This document shows positions 34,813 to 43,844 of a stretch of 54,679 bases of DNA, one piece after another. Numbering within the stretch: the stretch's first letter is position 1; each line of letters opens with the position of its first letter. Source of the DNA: a virus (taxonomy: Duplodnaviria > Heunggongvirae > Uroviricota > Caudoviricetes); the IMG/VR virus record IMGVR_UViG_3300037466_003757, positions 1 through 54,679 of that record. One strand, given 5' to 3'. The notes under the pieces are model-generated. The model did not search any database, was not told the origin of the DNA, and saw only the letters and a list, made by a program, of their open reading frames with translations. The position numbers were made by a program, and so were the translations under genes.

Positions 34813-35256
34813 GTGACTACCGCTGTACTGCCTCGAATCGAGACATTCGAAGACCCGCCCGTACGATTCACCGCGTTCAAGGCGTACGCACAGTCGTCCG
34901 CGTTCGCACGATTGGATCGTAAGGGTCGGATCATCGAGAGCTTCACGAATCTGATCGCCACCGATCAGATCACGGTCGACATCCCGGTTCATCACACCGC
35001 GGCGCATCTCGTTGTCATGAGAGCCGACGAATATCTCAAGCGTCCCGGTTCCGCGAAACTGCTCGTCGCCGACGCACTCGGTACGTACGGTCACGAGTTC
35101 GCCGTCGTTCGCGTCACTGGAATGAAGGGTCTCATGGATCGGTTTCTTCCGACCGCGGCGAAGGTACTCGGCGATTACTATTACTCTCAGCAGCGCATCG
35201 GCGATCACTTTTTCGTCGAATCGACGCTTCTGAGCGAGATCCGTCGAGTTCGGTGA
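34813..35256 (+). CDS. Hypothetical protein
   Basis: 147 aa, AGGAG RBS. Confidence 0.75.
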   Translation: MTTAVLPRIETFEDPPVRFTAFKAYAQSSAFARLDRKGRIIESFTNLIATDQITVDIPVHHTAAHLVVMRADEYLKRPGSAKLLVADALGTYGHEFAVVRVTGMKGLMDRFLPTAAKVLGDYYYSQQRIGDHFFVESTLLSEIRRVR

Positions 35257-35412
35257 TCATTCCCGAGAAAAATTGACGCTAGGACGAACGCCAGGCGACC
35301 GTAGCCGTCGAATCCATACGTTTTATCGTCCGGGGAACGACCAACGTCAGGGCGCATTTGAGACGCAGATAGACGTAATCGTTCCCCAAAGCGTGGAATT
35401 TACGGATACCGT

Positions 35413-35441
35413 TTTACGTTCCAGAGAATGCGTGATAATAT
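35413..35441 (+). promoter_or_regulatory. Promoter
   Basis: TTTACG-N17-TAATAT with TGA. Confidence 0.7.
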
Positions 35442-35474
35442 TAACGCCGAACGAAACGCCGAAAGGTCGCCAAA

Positions 35475-35747
35475 ATGAACGACATCGACTTACCCGACGC
35501 CGTAGAGATCGATTCATCGATCACCGAGTCGGACATCGCTGCGGCACGCGACAACGTCTACTACGAAGCCGGTCTGTCATGGGCCGAATTCGAAAACGAG
35601 TCACAGCGATTGAACGATCGGTCGACTCTTGCATCGTTATCGCGAGACCAGATCCTCACCCGGTTCACGATCAAACGTCTCGCACGTCGCGCCGCTTCGC
35701 AGATCAGCAATACCCTCGCCGATCACGTGGCTTACGTTCGGGGTTGA
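35475..35747 (+). CDS. Hypothetical protein
   Basis: 90 aa, AAAGGT RBS. Confidence 0.7.
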   Translation: MNDIDLPDAVEIDSSITESDIAAARDNVYYEAGLSWAEFENESQRLNDRSTLASLSRDQILTRFTIKRLARRAASQISNTLADHVAYVRG

Positions 35748-35762
35748 ATGAAAGGATTTTCG

Positions 35763-35930
35763 ATGGGTCGTCAGCATCATCCAGGTCGCACTCACAAGGG
35801 GTGCGGCGTTTGTAAACCGCATAAGGCCCGTCGTCAAGGTCGACCAATAAAGGATCCGTTCTCCGTCGTTCGTCTGTTCGGCGGCAAACGCTACGATCGC
35901 CGATCCATCCCCGACTCCGAGCGAGAGTGA
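35763..35930 (+). CDS. Small basic CxxC protein
   Basis: 55 aa MGRQHHPGRTHKGCGVCKPHK...; AAAGGA RBS. Confidence 0.65.
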   Translation: MGRQHHPGRTHKGCGVCKPHKARRQGRPIKDPFSVVRLFGGKRYDRRSIPDSERE

Positions 35931-35933
35931 AAT

Positions 35934-36263
35934 ATGAAGATTTGGGTAGATGATCTTCGCGATCCGCCCGTTACCGGTAAGCCGTGGATCGTCGCGCGCA
36001 ATTCGGAAATCGCTCTCGAACTGTTGCGTTGCGCCGTTGTCGATCACGTAACTGTGGATGCACTGTCGCTCGATCACGATCTGGGAGGTGACGACGATCT
36101 GGGAGGTGACGACGATACACGAGCCATCGTCAACGCAATGTGCTCGGGTGAAATCCCGTGGCCGCGCAAGATTTGGATCCACTCAGCGAATGTCGTAGGT
36201 CGTGAATGGTTGCGCGGTACAATCAAACGCTATGCGCCGTACAACACACTGGCGATCCCGTAG
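35934..36263 (+). CDS. Cyclic-phosphate-processing receiver-like domain protein
   Basis: IWVDDLRDPP, LSLDHDLG, IHSANVVG. Confidence 0.75.
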   Translation: MKIWVDDLRDPPVTGKPWIVARNSEIALELLRCAVVDHVTVDALSLDHDLGGDDDLGGDDDTRAIVNAMCSGEIPWPRKIWIHSANVVGREWLRGTIKRYAPYNTLAIP

Positions 36264-36283
36264 ACAACGAGAAAGGACGACGT

Positions 36284-36361
36284 ATGTGGAATCACGTCGG
36301 TCACACTTAGGGAACCGTACCGAGACGCGGTAGAGGCGCCGCGCACGGTTCCACTAAGGTG
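36284..36361 (+). promoter_or_regulatory. uORF (MWNHVGHT*) plus structured leader sequestering the RBS of the next gene
   Basis: AGAAAGGA RBS, ATG 36284-TAG 36310; GGAACCGT/ACGGTTCC and CACTTAG/CTAAGGTG pairings. Confidence 0.5.
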
Positions 36362-36365
36362 GAAC

Positions 36366-36866
36366 ATGAGCAAGACCGACAAGACCCGTCCGATCTGGGT
36401 CAAGGTCCTGGATCCGCTGGCCGAGGGTCGGTACGAGCGTCACGATCACACCGAACGCTGGTACCCCGTTTACAGCGAGACCGAGACCGAGGTGGTGGCG
36501 CACCCCCTCATTTCCGGCGGGGTCATCCGTCGTAAACTCCTGGAATGGAAGTTCTGGGACGGTAGCTGCACCATCGATCGAGACGTTTCCGCTTATCGGC
36601 GACCCCACGAACCCCGATCGGCGTGGATCGGGCACCACTGCGGCTGGACCATCGATTACTACTACAGCTGGAACCACTGGAACTATCGCTCCCCGAAGAA
36701 GATCGACCGCAAGGTCGATTACTACGATCCCGAACGGACCCACGTCCGCAACACCCTGCGGGATATGGCCCGGGAATGGAACGCGTACGGCGATATCGAG
36801 AACGATGACGCCACCCCGATGTCCCAGCACCGCCATTCCACCTGGTACGGCGGCTGGTGGGACTGA
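36366..36866 (+). CDS. Trp/His/Tyr-rich hypothetical protein (MSKTDKTRP type)
   Basis: 166 aa, RHDH...C...HC.W. Confidence 0.75.
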   Translation: MSKTDKTRPIWVKVLDPLAEGRYERHDHTERWYPVYSETETEVVAHPLISGGVIRRKLLEWKFWDGSCTIDRDVSAYRRPHEPRSAWIGHHCGWTIDYYYSWNHWNYRSPKKIDRKVDYYDPERTHVRNTLRDMAREWNAYGDIENDDATPMSQHRHSTWYGGWWD

Positions 36867-36881
36867 CGAAAGAAGGACGGC

Positions 36882-37283
36882 ATGTCGTTGCTACGACGCG
36901 ATACCGGAATCGGAACGTGTCAGTGCGACGACTGCCGTTCTTCTTTATACGTATCACACGAAACGGCGGATCCGTTCACTTTGAGACAGTTTTCCGCCGT
37001 TTCGATATGTCCGAACTGCAGTTATATGGCCGTTCACTGGTTGGACGAGCCGAGACGGCCGAAACCGAAACCGAAACCGAAACCGAAACCAGAACCATCA
37101 CCGCGGGACGAGAAAAACCGAAAAATAAAGACATATTGGCTCGAAACGCGTTCATTCGCCAATATCGGTTGGTATGACGATTTCGAGAAAAGCGCGCCAC
37201 GACTTTCTATTGTAAAAGACGAGTCCGAATGGGTTGTGGCGCGGATTTGCCGGCAATGCGAGTATCGTTGGGGAGAAATATGA
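36882..37283 (+). CDS. Cys-rich Zn-binding protein with PK repeat
   Basis: CQCDDC, CPNC, CRQC; CCGAAA hexamer run. Confidence 0.7.
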   Translation: MSLLRRDTGIGTCQCDDCRSSLYVSHETADPFTLRQFSAVSICPNCSYMAVHWLDEPRRPKPKPKPKPKPEPSPRDEKNRKIKTYWLETRSFANIGWYDDFEKSAPRLSIVKDESEWVVARICRQCEYRWGEI

Positions 37284-37927
37284 CAGAAAGACCGCACATT
37301 CGACTCACAGATCAGCAATTCGCTGAGATAGCACACTGGATTCCGTTGACGTACCAGGGATTTTCGCTGTCCGATCCGGAAGTACCGGAATGGGTGCGGG
37401 AATGGCTTGGTGAAGACGGTGGCACGTTGTCATTGATGGAAGCGTTGCGACGTGAACGTCATCGCGCCGATTTGCTGGAAACGTTGCTCAACGCCGAAAT
37501 GACCGACTACGAGGAGAAACAGCGACAGTTCACCGCGATCCTCGACTCCGACAAACAAGACTCGCTCAAGGGCGTCAATCTCGACTTCTCGGAGTTTCAC
37601 GATCTGGCGCACTGGCCCGGTATCGGCTGTATCGGACAGTACGGCGGCGTCAAGCATCACCTGAAACTGGCGTGGGCGTATCAGTGGTCGGGCGAGATGA
37701 AGCGTCTCACGCTGTGCCGTCTCGAACGGCATGAAATGACCCAAGTTTATGACGGAGACTTCGTTCCGATCAAACGGATGTGCCGTAACTGCTGTAAGGA
37801 CGAGAAAGAGACATGCGACGAACCGACACCGATGACCGCGTTGGCGAACTCACTATCGCGTTGCAAGCGGAAACTGATCGCATACGCGCCGTCTATTCGA
37901 ACGCTGACGTCAAAATTGTTCCGCTAG
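37280..37927 (+). CDS. Hypothetical protein (coiled coil + Cys motif)
   Basis: Start MTERPH by ATGA overlap; CRNCC. Confidence 0.65.
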   Translation: MTERPHIRLTDQQFAEIAHWIPLTYQGFSLSDPEVPEWVREWLGEDGGTLSLMEALRRERHRADLLETLLNAEMTDYEEKQRQFTAILDSDKQDSLKGVNLDFSEFHDLAHWPGIGCIGQYGGVKHHLKLAWAYQWSGEMKRLTLCRLERHEMTQVYDGDFVPIKRMCRNCCKDEKETCDEPTPMTALANSLSRCKRKLIAYAPSIRTLTSKLFR

Positions 37928-38199
37928 ACGTCGATCGTTACGCCATGCGTGTCGTACTGGACAAGTGGACGTTTTTGCTGTACAACGTCGAATGCCAGGA
38001 CACGAAAACACTGGACGTCATCGACGGTCCGCCGATGGCGTGCTGGATCGGCGATATTTATTTCCATGAATGGGACGACAGTCCGATGGGTTCGTCCATG
38101 TGGGTGCACATGACCGCGCTGGACGCGCTGAACGAACACATGGACACGATCGGCAGACTGTTCGAGGCGATCATCAGTACGGTGCCGCGGCGAAAATGA
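37813..38199 (+). CDS. Hypothetical protein
   Basis: 128 aa, GAAAGAG RBS; 115-bp overlap with previous ORF. Confidence 0.6.
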   Translation: MRRTDTDDRVGELTIALQAETDRIRAVYSNADVKIVPLDVDRYAMRVVLDKWTFLLYNVECQDTKTLDVIDGPPMACWIGDIYFHEWDDSPMGSSMWVHMTALDALNEHMDTIGRLFEAIISTVPRRK

Positions 38200-38203
38200 G
38201 ATC

Positions 38204-38734
38204 GTGAAACGTGAATCGCAACCGTGCGTCGGTGACGAGTCGTGGCACGGTACTCCGTACGGCTATCGCAATCACAAGTGCCGTGGTGACGATTGTCGTC
38301 GTGCCCACAAGGAAAACCATCAGCGCAAGCGTGACGAACGTATGAACGAACGTGAGCTGATCGACGGACGTTGGACGGCGACGAATCCTAAGCTCACGCA
38401 TGGCAAACCGACGACGTACGTCAACTGGGTATGCCGTTGCGTACCGTGCACAAATGCGCACGCCGAACGGACGTATCGGAACGCGCAACGGCGAAGAGAA
38501 CGGAAACTCGCGGAGGCGCGTCGTCTGACGATGGAAACGAACGATACGTACGACATAGTCATGATCGCAACCCGCGCCGATACGGAGATCGCGATCAAGA
38601 ACGCGCTGGAACGTCTCGGCTGCACATTCGCCGATCTCGCTGAGATGTATCGGACCGGACAGTACGTTTCCGTTCATCACCGTATGGCATGGGCTGCAGT
38701 GGGACGGTACTACCCAGACTATCCGGACTGGTGA
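38204..38734 (+). CDS. Tandem HGx-Y-CRC Zn-binding protein with C-terminal extra domain
   Basis: WHGTPYGYRNHKCRGDDC and HGKPTTYVNWVCRCVPC. Confidence 0.7.
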   Translation: MKRESQPCVGDESWHGTPYGYRNHKCRGDDCRRAHKENHQRKRDERMNERELIDGRWTATNPKLTHGKPTTYVNWVCRCVPCTNAHAERTYRNAQRRRERKLAEARRLTMETNDTYDIVMIATRADTEIAIKNALERLGCTFADLAEMYRTGQYVSVHHRMAWAAVGRYYPDYPDW

Positions 38735-38768
38735 CAGATCTAACAAGTTTTTTCTGAGTCGGGAATGG

Positions 38769-38797
38769 TTTACACATTCGGTGCGTTGAGATACGAT
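38769..38797 (+). promoter_or_regulatory. Promoter
   Basis: TTTACA-N17-TACGAT. Confidence 0.7.
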
Positions 38798-38840
38798 ATA
38801 AGGGAACGAACGAATCGACCCCCGAACGACAGGATTGGAA

Positions 38841-39296
38841 ATGACCGATAACTTCGCCTCCACCGCCACCATCGACACTCTGGACCTCGTCGCTCCGAAC
38901 GCCGCCCATCCCGAACTGGTCGCCCAGGCGATGCAGTTCAACGCGCTGCTCGATCTCGACCCCGACAATTCTTTTCTGACCGAGGGTGGCCGGTACGTCA
39001 ACACGTACCAGACCATCACCAATTCGACCATCCGGTACGCCAAAAACGCGGCGCGCGTCCTCAAGGCCCTTCCCCGTCGCGCCGACGTTCCGGAGGACGA
39101 GCGCGAGGAGTTCGACGCCTACGTCAATCTGCTCCGTCTGGAGCGCGCGCAGGGCGAGTTCGCCCGGGTTCCCCGGGTGCAGTACCGCCACGGTCACATC
39201 GTCTGGAACCCTTCGACCATCGGCACCGGTTTCGGCGCCCACATGGCGATGGTGAACGCCTACGGCGACACCTTCGCCGACAATGACGGCGAGTGA
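38841..39296 (+). CDS. Hypothetical protein
   Basis: 151 aa, ACAGGA RBS, own promoter and terminator. Confidence 0.75.
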   Translation: MTDNFASTATIDTLDLVAPNAAHPELVAQAMQFNALLDLDPDNSFLTEGGRYVNTYQTITNSTIRYAKNAARVLKALPRRADVPEDEREEFDAYVNLLRLERAQGEFARVPRVQYRHGHIVWNPSTIGTGFGAHMAMVNAYGDTFADNDGE

Positions 39297-39311
39297 GAGG
39301 CGCTCGCTGAA

Positions 39312-39355
39312 GGAGGGCCGTCCCGGTTTCAGCAGCGGGGCGGCCCTCCGTTTTT
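39312..39355 (+). terminator. Intrinsic terminator
   Basis: 14-bp stem GGAGGGCCGTCCCG/CGGGGCGGCCCTCC then GTTTTT. Confidence 0.8.
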
Positions 39356-39410
39356 CGTATTCACATCTACGATGCAACAGAACAGAACAGAACAGGACAC
39401 GACAAGGAAC

Positions 39411-39959
39411 ATGGGAACCACATTCGACGCCGCCAACAAGGCGTTCAACGATGACGAAAGTCGTCGCGGACGCGTACTGATGTGGATGGCGCATCTGATT
39501 CGTCCGGTCATTTTCGTCTCGCTCATCGCGAACATTCCGTTCTATTTCGGATATGACGGTTTCTATCGGAACATCATCGCGGTAATTTTCCTCATTCCGA
39601 TGATGGTCGGCGTACTGCACATGGGATTGTCGCGGATCTGCGTACGTTGCATGAACTCCGTTCCGCTGGACGCGCCGAAACAGGCGCAACGACGGAAATC
39701 GCTGCTCTGGTTGCATCACGTGATGCAGTCCAAAATATCATGGCTCGTATTAGCTATCATAATAGCTATCGGTTTGGTGATCAAATACGGACATTTTCCG
39801 AACGCGCTTTATATCCCTCTGGATCTGTTCAGCTCCGCATATTTGTACGCACTGTGGTCGCATCACAAACTGCAGCCGTGGTGCCCGTTCTGCAAGGACT
39901 GGGGCGACGGCGGTATGCGCGAACCCTCCCCGGATCCCGTCGAGAAAGTCGAGGCCTGA
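39411..39959 (+). CDS. Multi-pass membrane protein with CxxC motifs
   Basis: About four hydrophobic segments; CVRC and CPFC. Confidence 0.7.
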   Translation: MGTTFDAANKAFNDDESRRGRVLMWMAHLIRPVIFVSLIANIPFYFGYDGFYRNIIAVIFLIPMMVGVLHMGLSRICVRCMNSVPLDAPKQAQRRKSLLWLHHVMQSKISWLVLAIIIAIGLVIKYGHFPNALYIPLDLFSSAYLYALWSHHKLQPWCPFCKDWGDGGMREPSPDPVEKVEA

Positions 39960-39964
39960 CGAGC

Positions 39965-40315
39965 ATGATGACTGAGGCGCAGATCCGGCATCTGGAGAAA
40001 TACAGCGCCGCATTCGCCCACGTCTGCGGCGACGACCGTACCGTCCGCGAATACGCGGAGCAATACAGCTACGAACCGGAGCTGTACGTCAATATCTGCA
40101 GCGATCTCGGTATCGAACCGATGCCCGAACTGACGGAGTCCGAAATAACCGGCGAACCGTTCGAAGTCCGGCGTGACCGTCTGTTCAGCGACGATATCAC
40201 GCCCGAAGAGTACGACGCGCTCGAATTCTCGCTGAGCGAGATCAAAATACTGGCTGCCGAAGTCTCCGCGCGTTGGCGGAAAGACCGTTCGGCGCATACC
40301 GAAAGCGAGTTCTGA
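39965..40315 (+). CDS. Acidic hypothetical protein
   Basis: Start MMTEAQ, 116 aa. Confidence 0.65.
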   Translation: MMTEAQIRHLEKYSAAFAHVCGDDRTVREYAEQYSYEPELYVNICSDLGIEPMPELTESEITGEPFEVRRDRLFSDDITPEEYDALEFSLSEIKILAAEVSARWRKDRSAHTESEF

Positions 40316-40317
40316 TC

Positions 40318-40710
40318 ATGCAACGATCGAAACCGTCGGAGAAATCATCGGAGAAACCGTCCCGACTCCGTGATTTCCATTTCACGATGCAACATACGCT
40401 CGCCGATACGCCGTTCTGGACGTTGAAATCGGTCACGATCGCGCCGGGCGACGAAGCGAACGACGAGGATGTCGGCGCGCAGATCGTGGCTATCTATGCC
40501 GCCGCGCGTCCCCGTGGTAAATGGACGGTACGTGTACAAGCTGATCCGTTCCCGGACGGTACGGACATCTGGCGGTGGGGTCTGTGTTCGCCGGAACCGC
40601 ACGAAATGACCAGCGGTATCGCTCCTACGGCGGATATGGCGTTGCGTGACGCGCGTCGTGCCGTTGTGGACAGCGAGCAGGCCGATGCGAAAGACTACCG
40701 GTTCGAGTGA
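40318..40710 (+). CDS. Hypothetical protein
   Basis: Start MQRSKP, 130 aa. Confidence 0.6.
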   Translation: MQRSKPSEKSSEKPSRLRDFHFTMQHTLADTPFWTLKSVTIAPGDEANDEDVGAQIVAIYAAARPRGKWTVRVQADPFPDGTDIWRWGLCSPEPHEMTSGIAPTADMALRDARRAVVDSEQADAKDYRFE

Positions 40711-41036
40711 GTTCACGTAACAGGTGCAAACCACCGGACGGCAGCGGTACCGAACCGTGGCACGGTACAGCGGGAGGATACAGCAATCACGACTGCCGAT
40801 GTGACAGATGCCGTGCAGCGCATCGCATCGAGATCAAGAAACGGCGTCAAGAACGTATGGACGCGCGTTTGCCGATACCCGGTACGGATCCGGTTCGGTA
40901 CATCACCCCGGCGAACGTCAAACACGGTAGTCCGTGGACGTACAACAATTATCGTTGCCAATGCGATCCCTGTCTACGCGCACACGCGGATTACGTGGCG
41001 CAAGTGAAAGTGAAAAAAAGGAGGCGTAAGCGATGA
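40707..41036 (+). CDS. Tandem HGx-Y-CRC Zn-binding protein
   Basis: WHGTAGGYSNHDCRCDRC and HGSPWTYNNYRCQCDPC. Confidence 0.75.
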   Translation: MSSRNRCKPPDGSGTEPWHGTAGGYSNHDCRCDRCRAAHRIEIKKRRQERMDARLPIPGTDPVRYITPANVKHGSPWTYNNYRCQCDPCLRAHADYVAQVKVKKRRRKR

Positions 41037-41629
41037 GCGATCGTCTGATTTATCTGGACGTGGACGGGCCACTGAATCCGTACGGCGCCCCGCGACATCG
41101 CCGTCCGGAGGGATACACGTCGTATCGTATGTCCCCGCCGTCGTGGATCGCCCAGCAGGAGCCGGTGCAGGTCATGCGCGGACGCGTCAAACCATTGCTG
41201 GTATGGTTGCGGCCAGACGCTGGCGAGCATCTGCTTCAGCTCGCGAACGATACCGAATCACAGCTCGTCTGGGCCACGACGTGGGAGCACGATGCCAATG
41301 ACTACATCGGTCCGCATGTCGGATTGCCGAAACTGGAGGTGGTCGAGTTCGGTGACGCACGATCGCGTTACCGGGAGTGCGGTCAGCACTGGAAACTGGA
41401 CACGTTGATCGATCACGCCGCGGGACGGTCGTTCGTCTGGCTGGACGATGAGATCACGAGTCGTGACCACGACTATCTGGATCGGCGTTACAACGGACGC
41501 GACTTCGGCGCCGCACTGGCGTTGGCCGTCTCTCCACTGACCGGTTTGCTTCCCGCACACTACGACGCGGTTCGCGCGTGGGTTCGCGAGTTCGAGAACG
41601 GCGACAGCGAGAACGGTGACGCGGCGTGA
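41033..41629 (+). CDS. HAD-superfamily phosphatase (Swiss-army-knife RNA-repair-like HAD)
   Basis: YLDVDGPLN, WATTW, FVWLDDE. Confidence 0.8.
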   Translation: MSDRLIYLDVDGPLNPYGAPRHRRPEGYTSYRMSPPSWIAQQEPVQVMRGRVKPLLVWLRPDAGEHLLQLANDTESQLVWATTWEHDANDYIGPHVGLPKLEVVEFGDARSRYRECGQHWKLDTLIDHAAGRSFVWLDDEITSRDHDYLDRRYNGRDFGAALALAVSPLTGLLPAHYDAVRAWVREFENGDSENGDAA

Positions 41630-42291
41630 AAGCGCGCGGATACGTCTTCAAAGAAAGGCACAGTCGCTGGGGCGTCTGGATGGGTATCGTCACGATACAC
41701 GCGCGAAATGACGACGGTACGGAAAGACGAAGCATCAGACAGCTCAAATGGTTCAAGACGCAGGCACAGGCGTACGGCTGGGTGCGGGATGAGACGGTGC
41801 ATTTGTGGCGGAAAAATCTGCCGTTGAGCAATAACCCGCACGCACACTGGATTCTGAAACTGCCGCAACACTGTCTGTGGTGCGGTATTCCGTTGATCGA
41901 TGTCCCGGCGTCGCAACGTTTCTGCAAGCGAACGCACGCCAACCAGTTCCGATTCAATTATCGTCCGGAACGGTGTCCGAAGCCGGACAAGAAACCGTTC
42001 GCATACCGCGGTACGGCGATCATGGTCGTATATGCGATGGGTGGCGTCGGTGACTGTTACCGCTGCGAATGTGGCGCCTATCATCTGACCCGCAAGAAGG
42101 GCATTATCAACGAACTGCGTCGTACAGAGACCGTAACCACGTTTTTGAATCACTACATGGACAGTATCGCCGTGAACGTTCCGGACGCGGTCAAGAAATT
42201 GCGTGAGAAGATCGAAAGCGAAAGCGAAAGCAAGAAAGCGGGTGAGATGTTCAGTGTGGGTCAAACGGCAACAGACCTATCATCGCTGTGA
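41626..42291 (+). CDS. Cys/His-rich hypothetical protein
   Basis: CLWC, FCKRTH, CPKPDK, YRCECGAYHLT. Confidence 0.7.
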   Translation: MKARGYVFKERHSRWGVWMGIVTIHARNDDGTERRSIRQLKWFKTQAQAYGWVRDETVHLWRKNLPLSNNPHAHWILKLPQHCLWCGIPLIDVPASQRFCKRTHANQFRFNYRPERCPKPDKKPFAYRGTAIMVVYAMGGVGDCYRCECGAYHLTRKKGIINELRRTETVTTFLNHYMDSIAVNVPDAVKKLREKIESESESKKAGEMFSVGQTATDLSSL

Positions 42292-42505
42292 ACTTCCGTG
42301 GGACATGGACTCGAAGCGGATGGGTGCGAACGGTACGGCGGGCGACATCTGGCAGTGCAATTTCTGCCTGAAGAAATGGACCATCATCACGGTCGGTCCG
42401 GACGCCGGTACGCGTTCCTGGACGGCGTATGACGTGTGGCAGCACAGCTGGTTACGTGTATTTCCGCGGACATGGCACACCGTGCGCGGTTTCATCGGAT
42501 TCTAG
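42254..42505 (+). CDS. Small Zn-ribbon protein (start uncertain)
   Basis: HRCELP...GDIWQCNFCLKKW. Confidence 0.55.
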   Translation: MWVKRQQTYHRCELPWDMDSKRMGANGTAGDIWQCNFCLKKWTIITVGPDAGTRSWTAYDVWQHSWLRVFPRTWHTVRGFIGF

Positions 42506-42514
42506 CGACAGAAA

Positions 42515-43534
42515 GTGACAGACATGAACGAAAACGACAACGACAACGAGATACCCGGTCTGAACGGTCGCCCCGTACGGATCGTGACACACAAACGGTA
42601 CATTGCGGATACGTTCCTCGCTCTCCGGGAGCCGGAACTGGGCGGCGTGGACGTCACGCACGACTTCGGCTTCGATATAGATCCGGCGACGGCCTGGGAC
42701 ACGGTCTGGTGGGCGCCGGGTGAATGGGCCGCGAGTGCTCTCGCATCCGGTGTCCGACTTCCGCTGCTGTCGCCGGGACCGTACTGGCTCACGAAACTGC
42801 CGTTCCAGCACGTGCACCGTCCGGTCGTGAACATGCGTGTCCGTGACATCGATATACGGGCTTTTCGATGGACGGGCGGTTTCCCGGTCTTCGCCAAGCT
42901 TCCCGAGACCAAGACGGACAAGTTTCCGGCGAAGGTGCGCGCCACCACGATGCAACTCCAGGATGACGTCCGACGGGCGAAATTCCCGGACGGCGCGTTG
43001 ATTCAACTGCAGGGTGCCGTCGATTTCACGATGGAGGCGCGGTTCTTCATCGCCCACGGCAAGGTCACGGCACAGTCGCTGTACCGATTCAACGACTGGG
43101 ACTGGAGCAAAGGTCCGATCGCTGAATACACGTGCAAATACACGCACGAGATAGATGGCGTACAGGAGAGTTGCGGATGCACGGCGCCGTTCTTCGGGCA
43201 ACTCGCGTTGCGAAACCTTCGCTCGTTCGCGGACGAGATCGCGCAACTGTCATCCGAGCCGTCCCCCTCCTTCGATGCCCCTCCCGGTTGGGTCCTGGAC
43301 GCGGGTATCATGAACGTGAACGGTCTGGGCGGTATGGCCGTGGTGGAGGCGAACGCCGCGTGGTCGTCCAATCCGTATGACGCGGACGTCCGCGGCGTAC
43401 TCGAGGCGGTGGTAGCCGCACACGATTTCACGCGGAACCCGCTGAACCAGAAATGGCAATGGCTACCCGGCGCCGAACTGGACGCCTGGGCAGCGGGACA
43501 TCCGTTGATCGTGAAGGCGAGGACGTCGAAATGA
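42515..43534 (+). CDS. ATP-grasp domain protein (DUF4343/R2K-like)
   Basis: VFAKLP, EARFFI, WVLDAG, VVEANAAWSS. Confidence 0.75.
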   Translation: MTDMNENDNDNEIPGLNGRPVRIVTHKRYIADTFLALREPELGGVDVTHDFGFDIDPATAWDTVWWAPGEWAASALASGVRLPLLSPGPYWLTKLPFQHVHRPVVNMRVRDIDIRAFRWTGGFPVFAKLPETKTDKFPAKVRATTMQLQDDVRRAKFPDGALIQLQGAVDFTMEARFFIAHGKVTAQSLYRFNDWDWSKGPIAEYTCKYTHEIDGVQESCGCTAPFFGQLALRNLRSFADEIAQLSSEPSPSFDAPPGWVLDAGIMNVNGLGGMAVVEANAAWSSNPYDADVRGVLEAVVAAHDFTRNPLNQKWQWLPGAELDAWAAGHPLIVKARTSK

Positions 43535-43782
43535 GCGGTTTACAGGCGTTGGGCGTGCTGGCTATCGCCGTGGTGACGTGGTTCGTCAGTATGCTCACCG
43601 CCGGTCTGACGATGGACACCGGACCGGACTGGGTCACCGCGCTGGCATGGATGACGAGCAAAGTGATGATCATAGTCGGCGTGGTCATGATCGTGTACCT
43701 GATCTACAAGGGTTCGGGCGTTCATTTCGAGATGCACGTACGTAGTCTCGATCTCGGTCTCGGTATGGACCTGCCGAAATAA
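43531..43782 (+). CDS. Small two-pass membrane protein
   Basis: Two hydrophobic segments; ATGA overlap. Confidence 0.7.
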   Translation: MSGLQALGVLAIAVVTWFVSMLTAGLTMDTGPDWVTALAWMTSKVMIIVGVVMIVYLIYKGSGVHFEMHVRSLDLGLGMDLPK

Positions 43783-43811
43783 TTTACACATCGGGGACGT
43801 TGAGATATTAT
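43783..43811 (+). promoter_or_regulatory. Promoter
   Basis: TTTACA-N17-TATTAT. Confidence 0.7.
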
Positions 43812-43844
43812 AAGTACGTCAACGACTCGAAGACAGGACCGGGT

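Noticed and set aside
38595-39719. 374-aa minus-strand ORF
   Set aside because: Antisense to well-supported plus-strand genes with promoter and terminator
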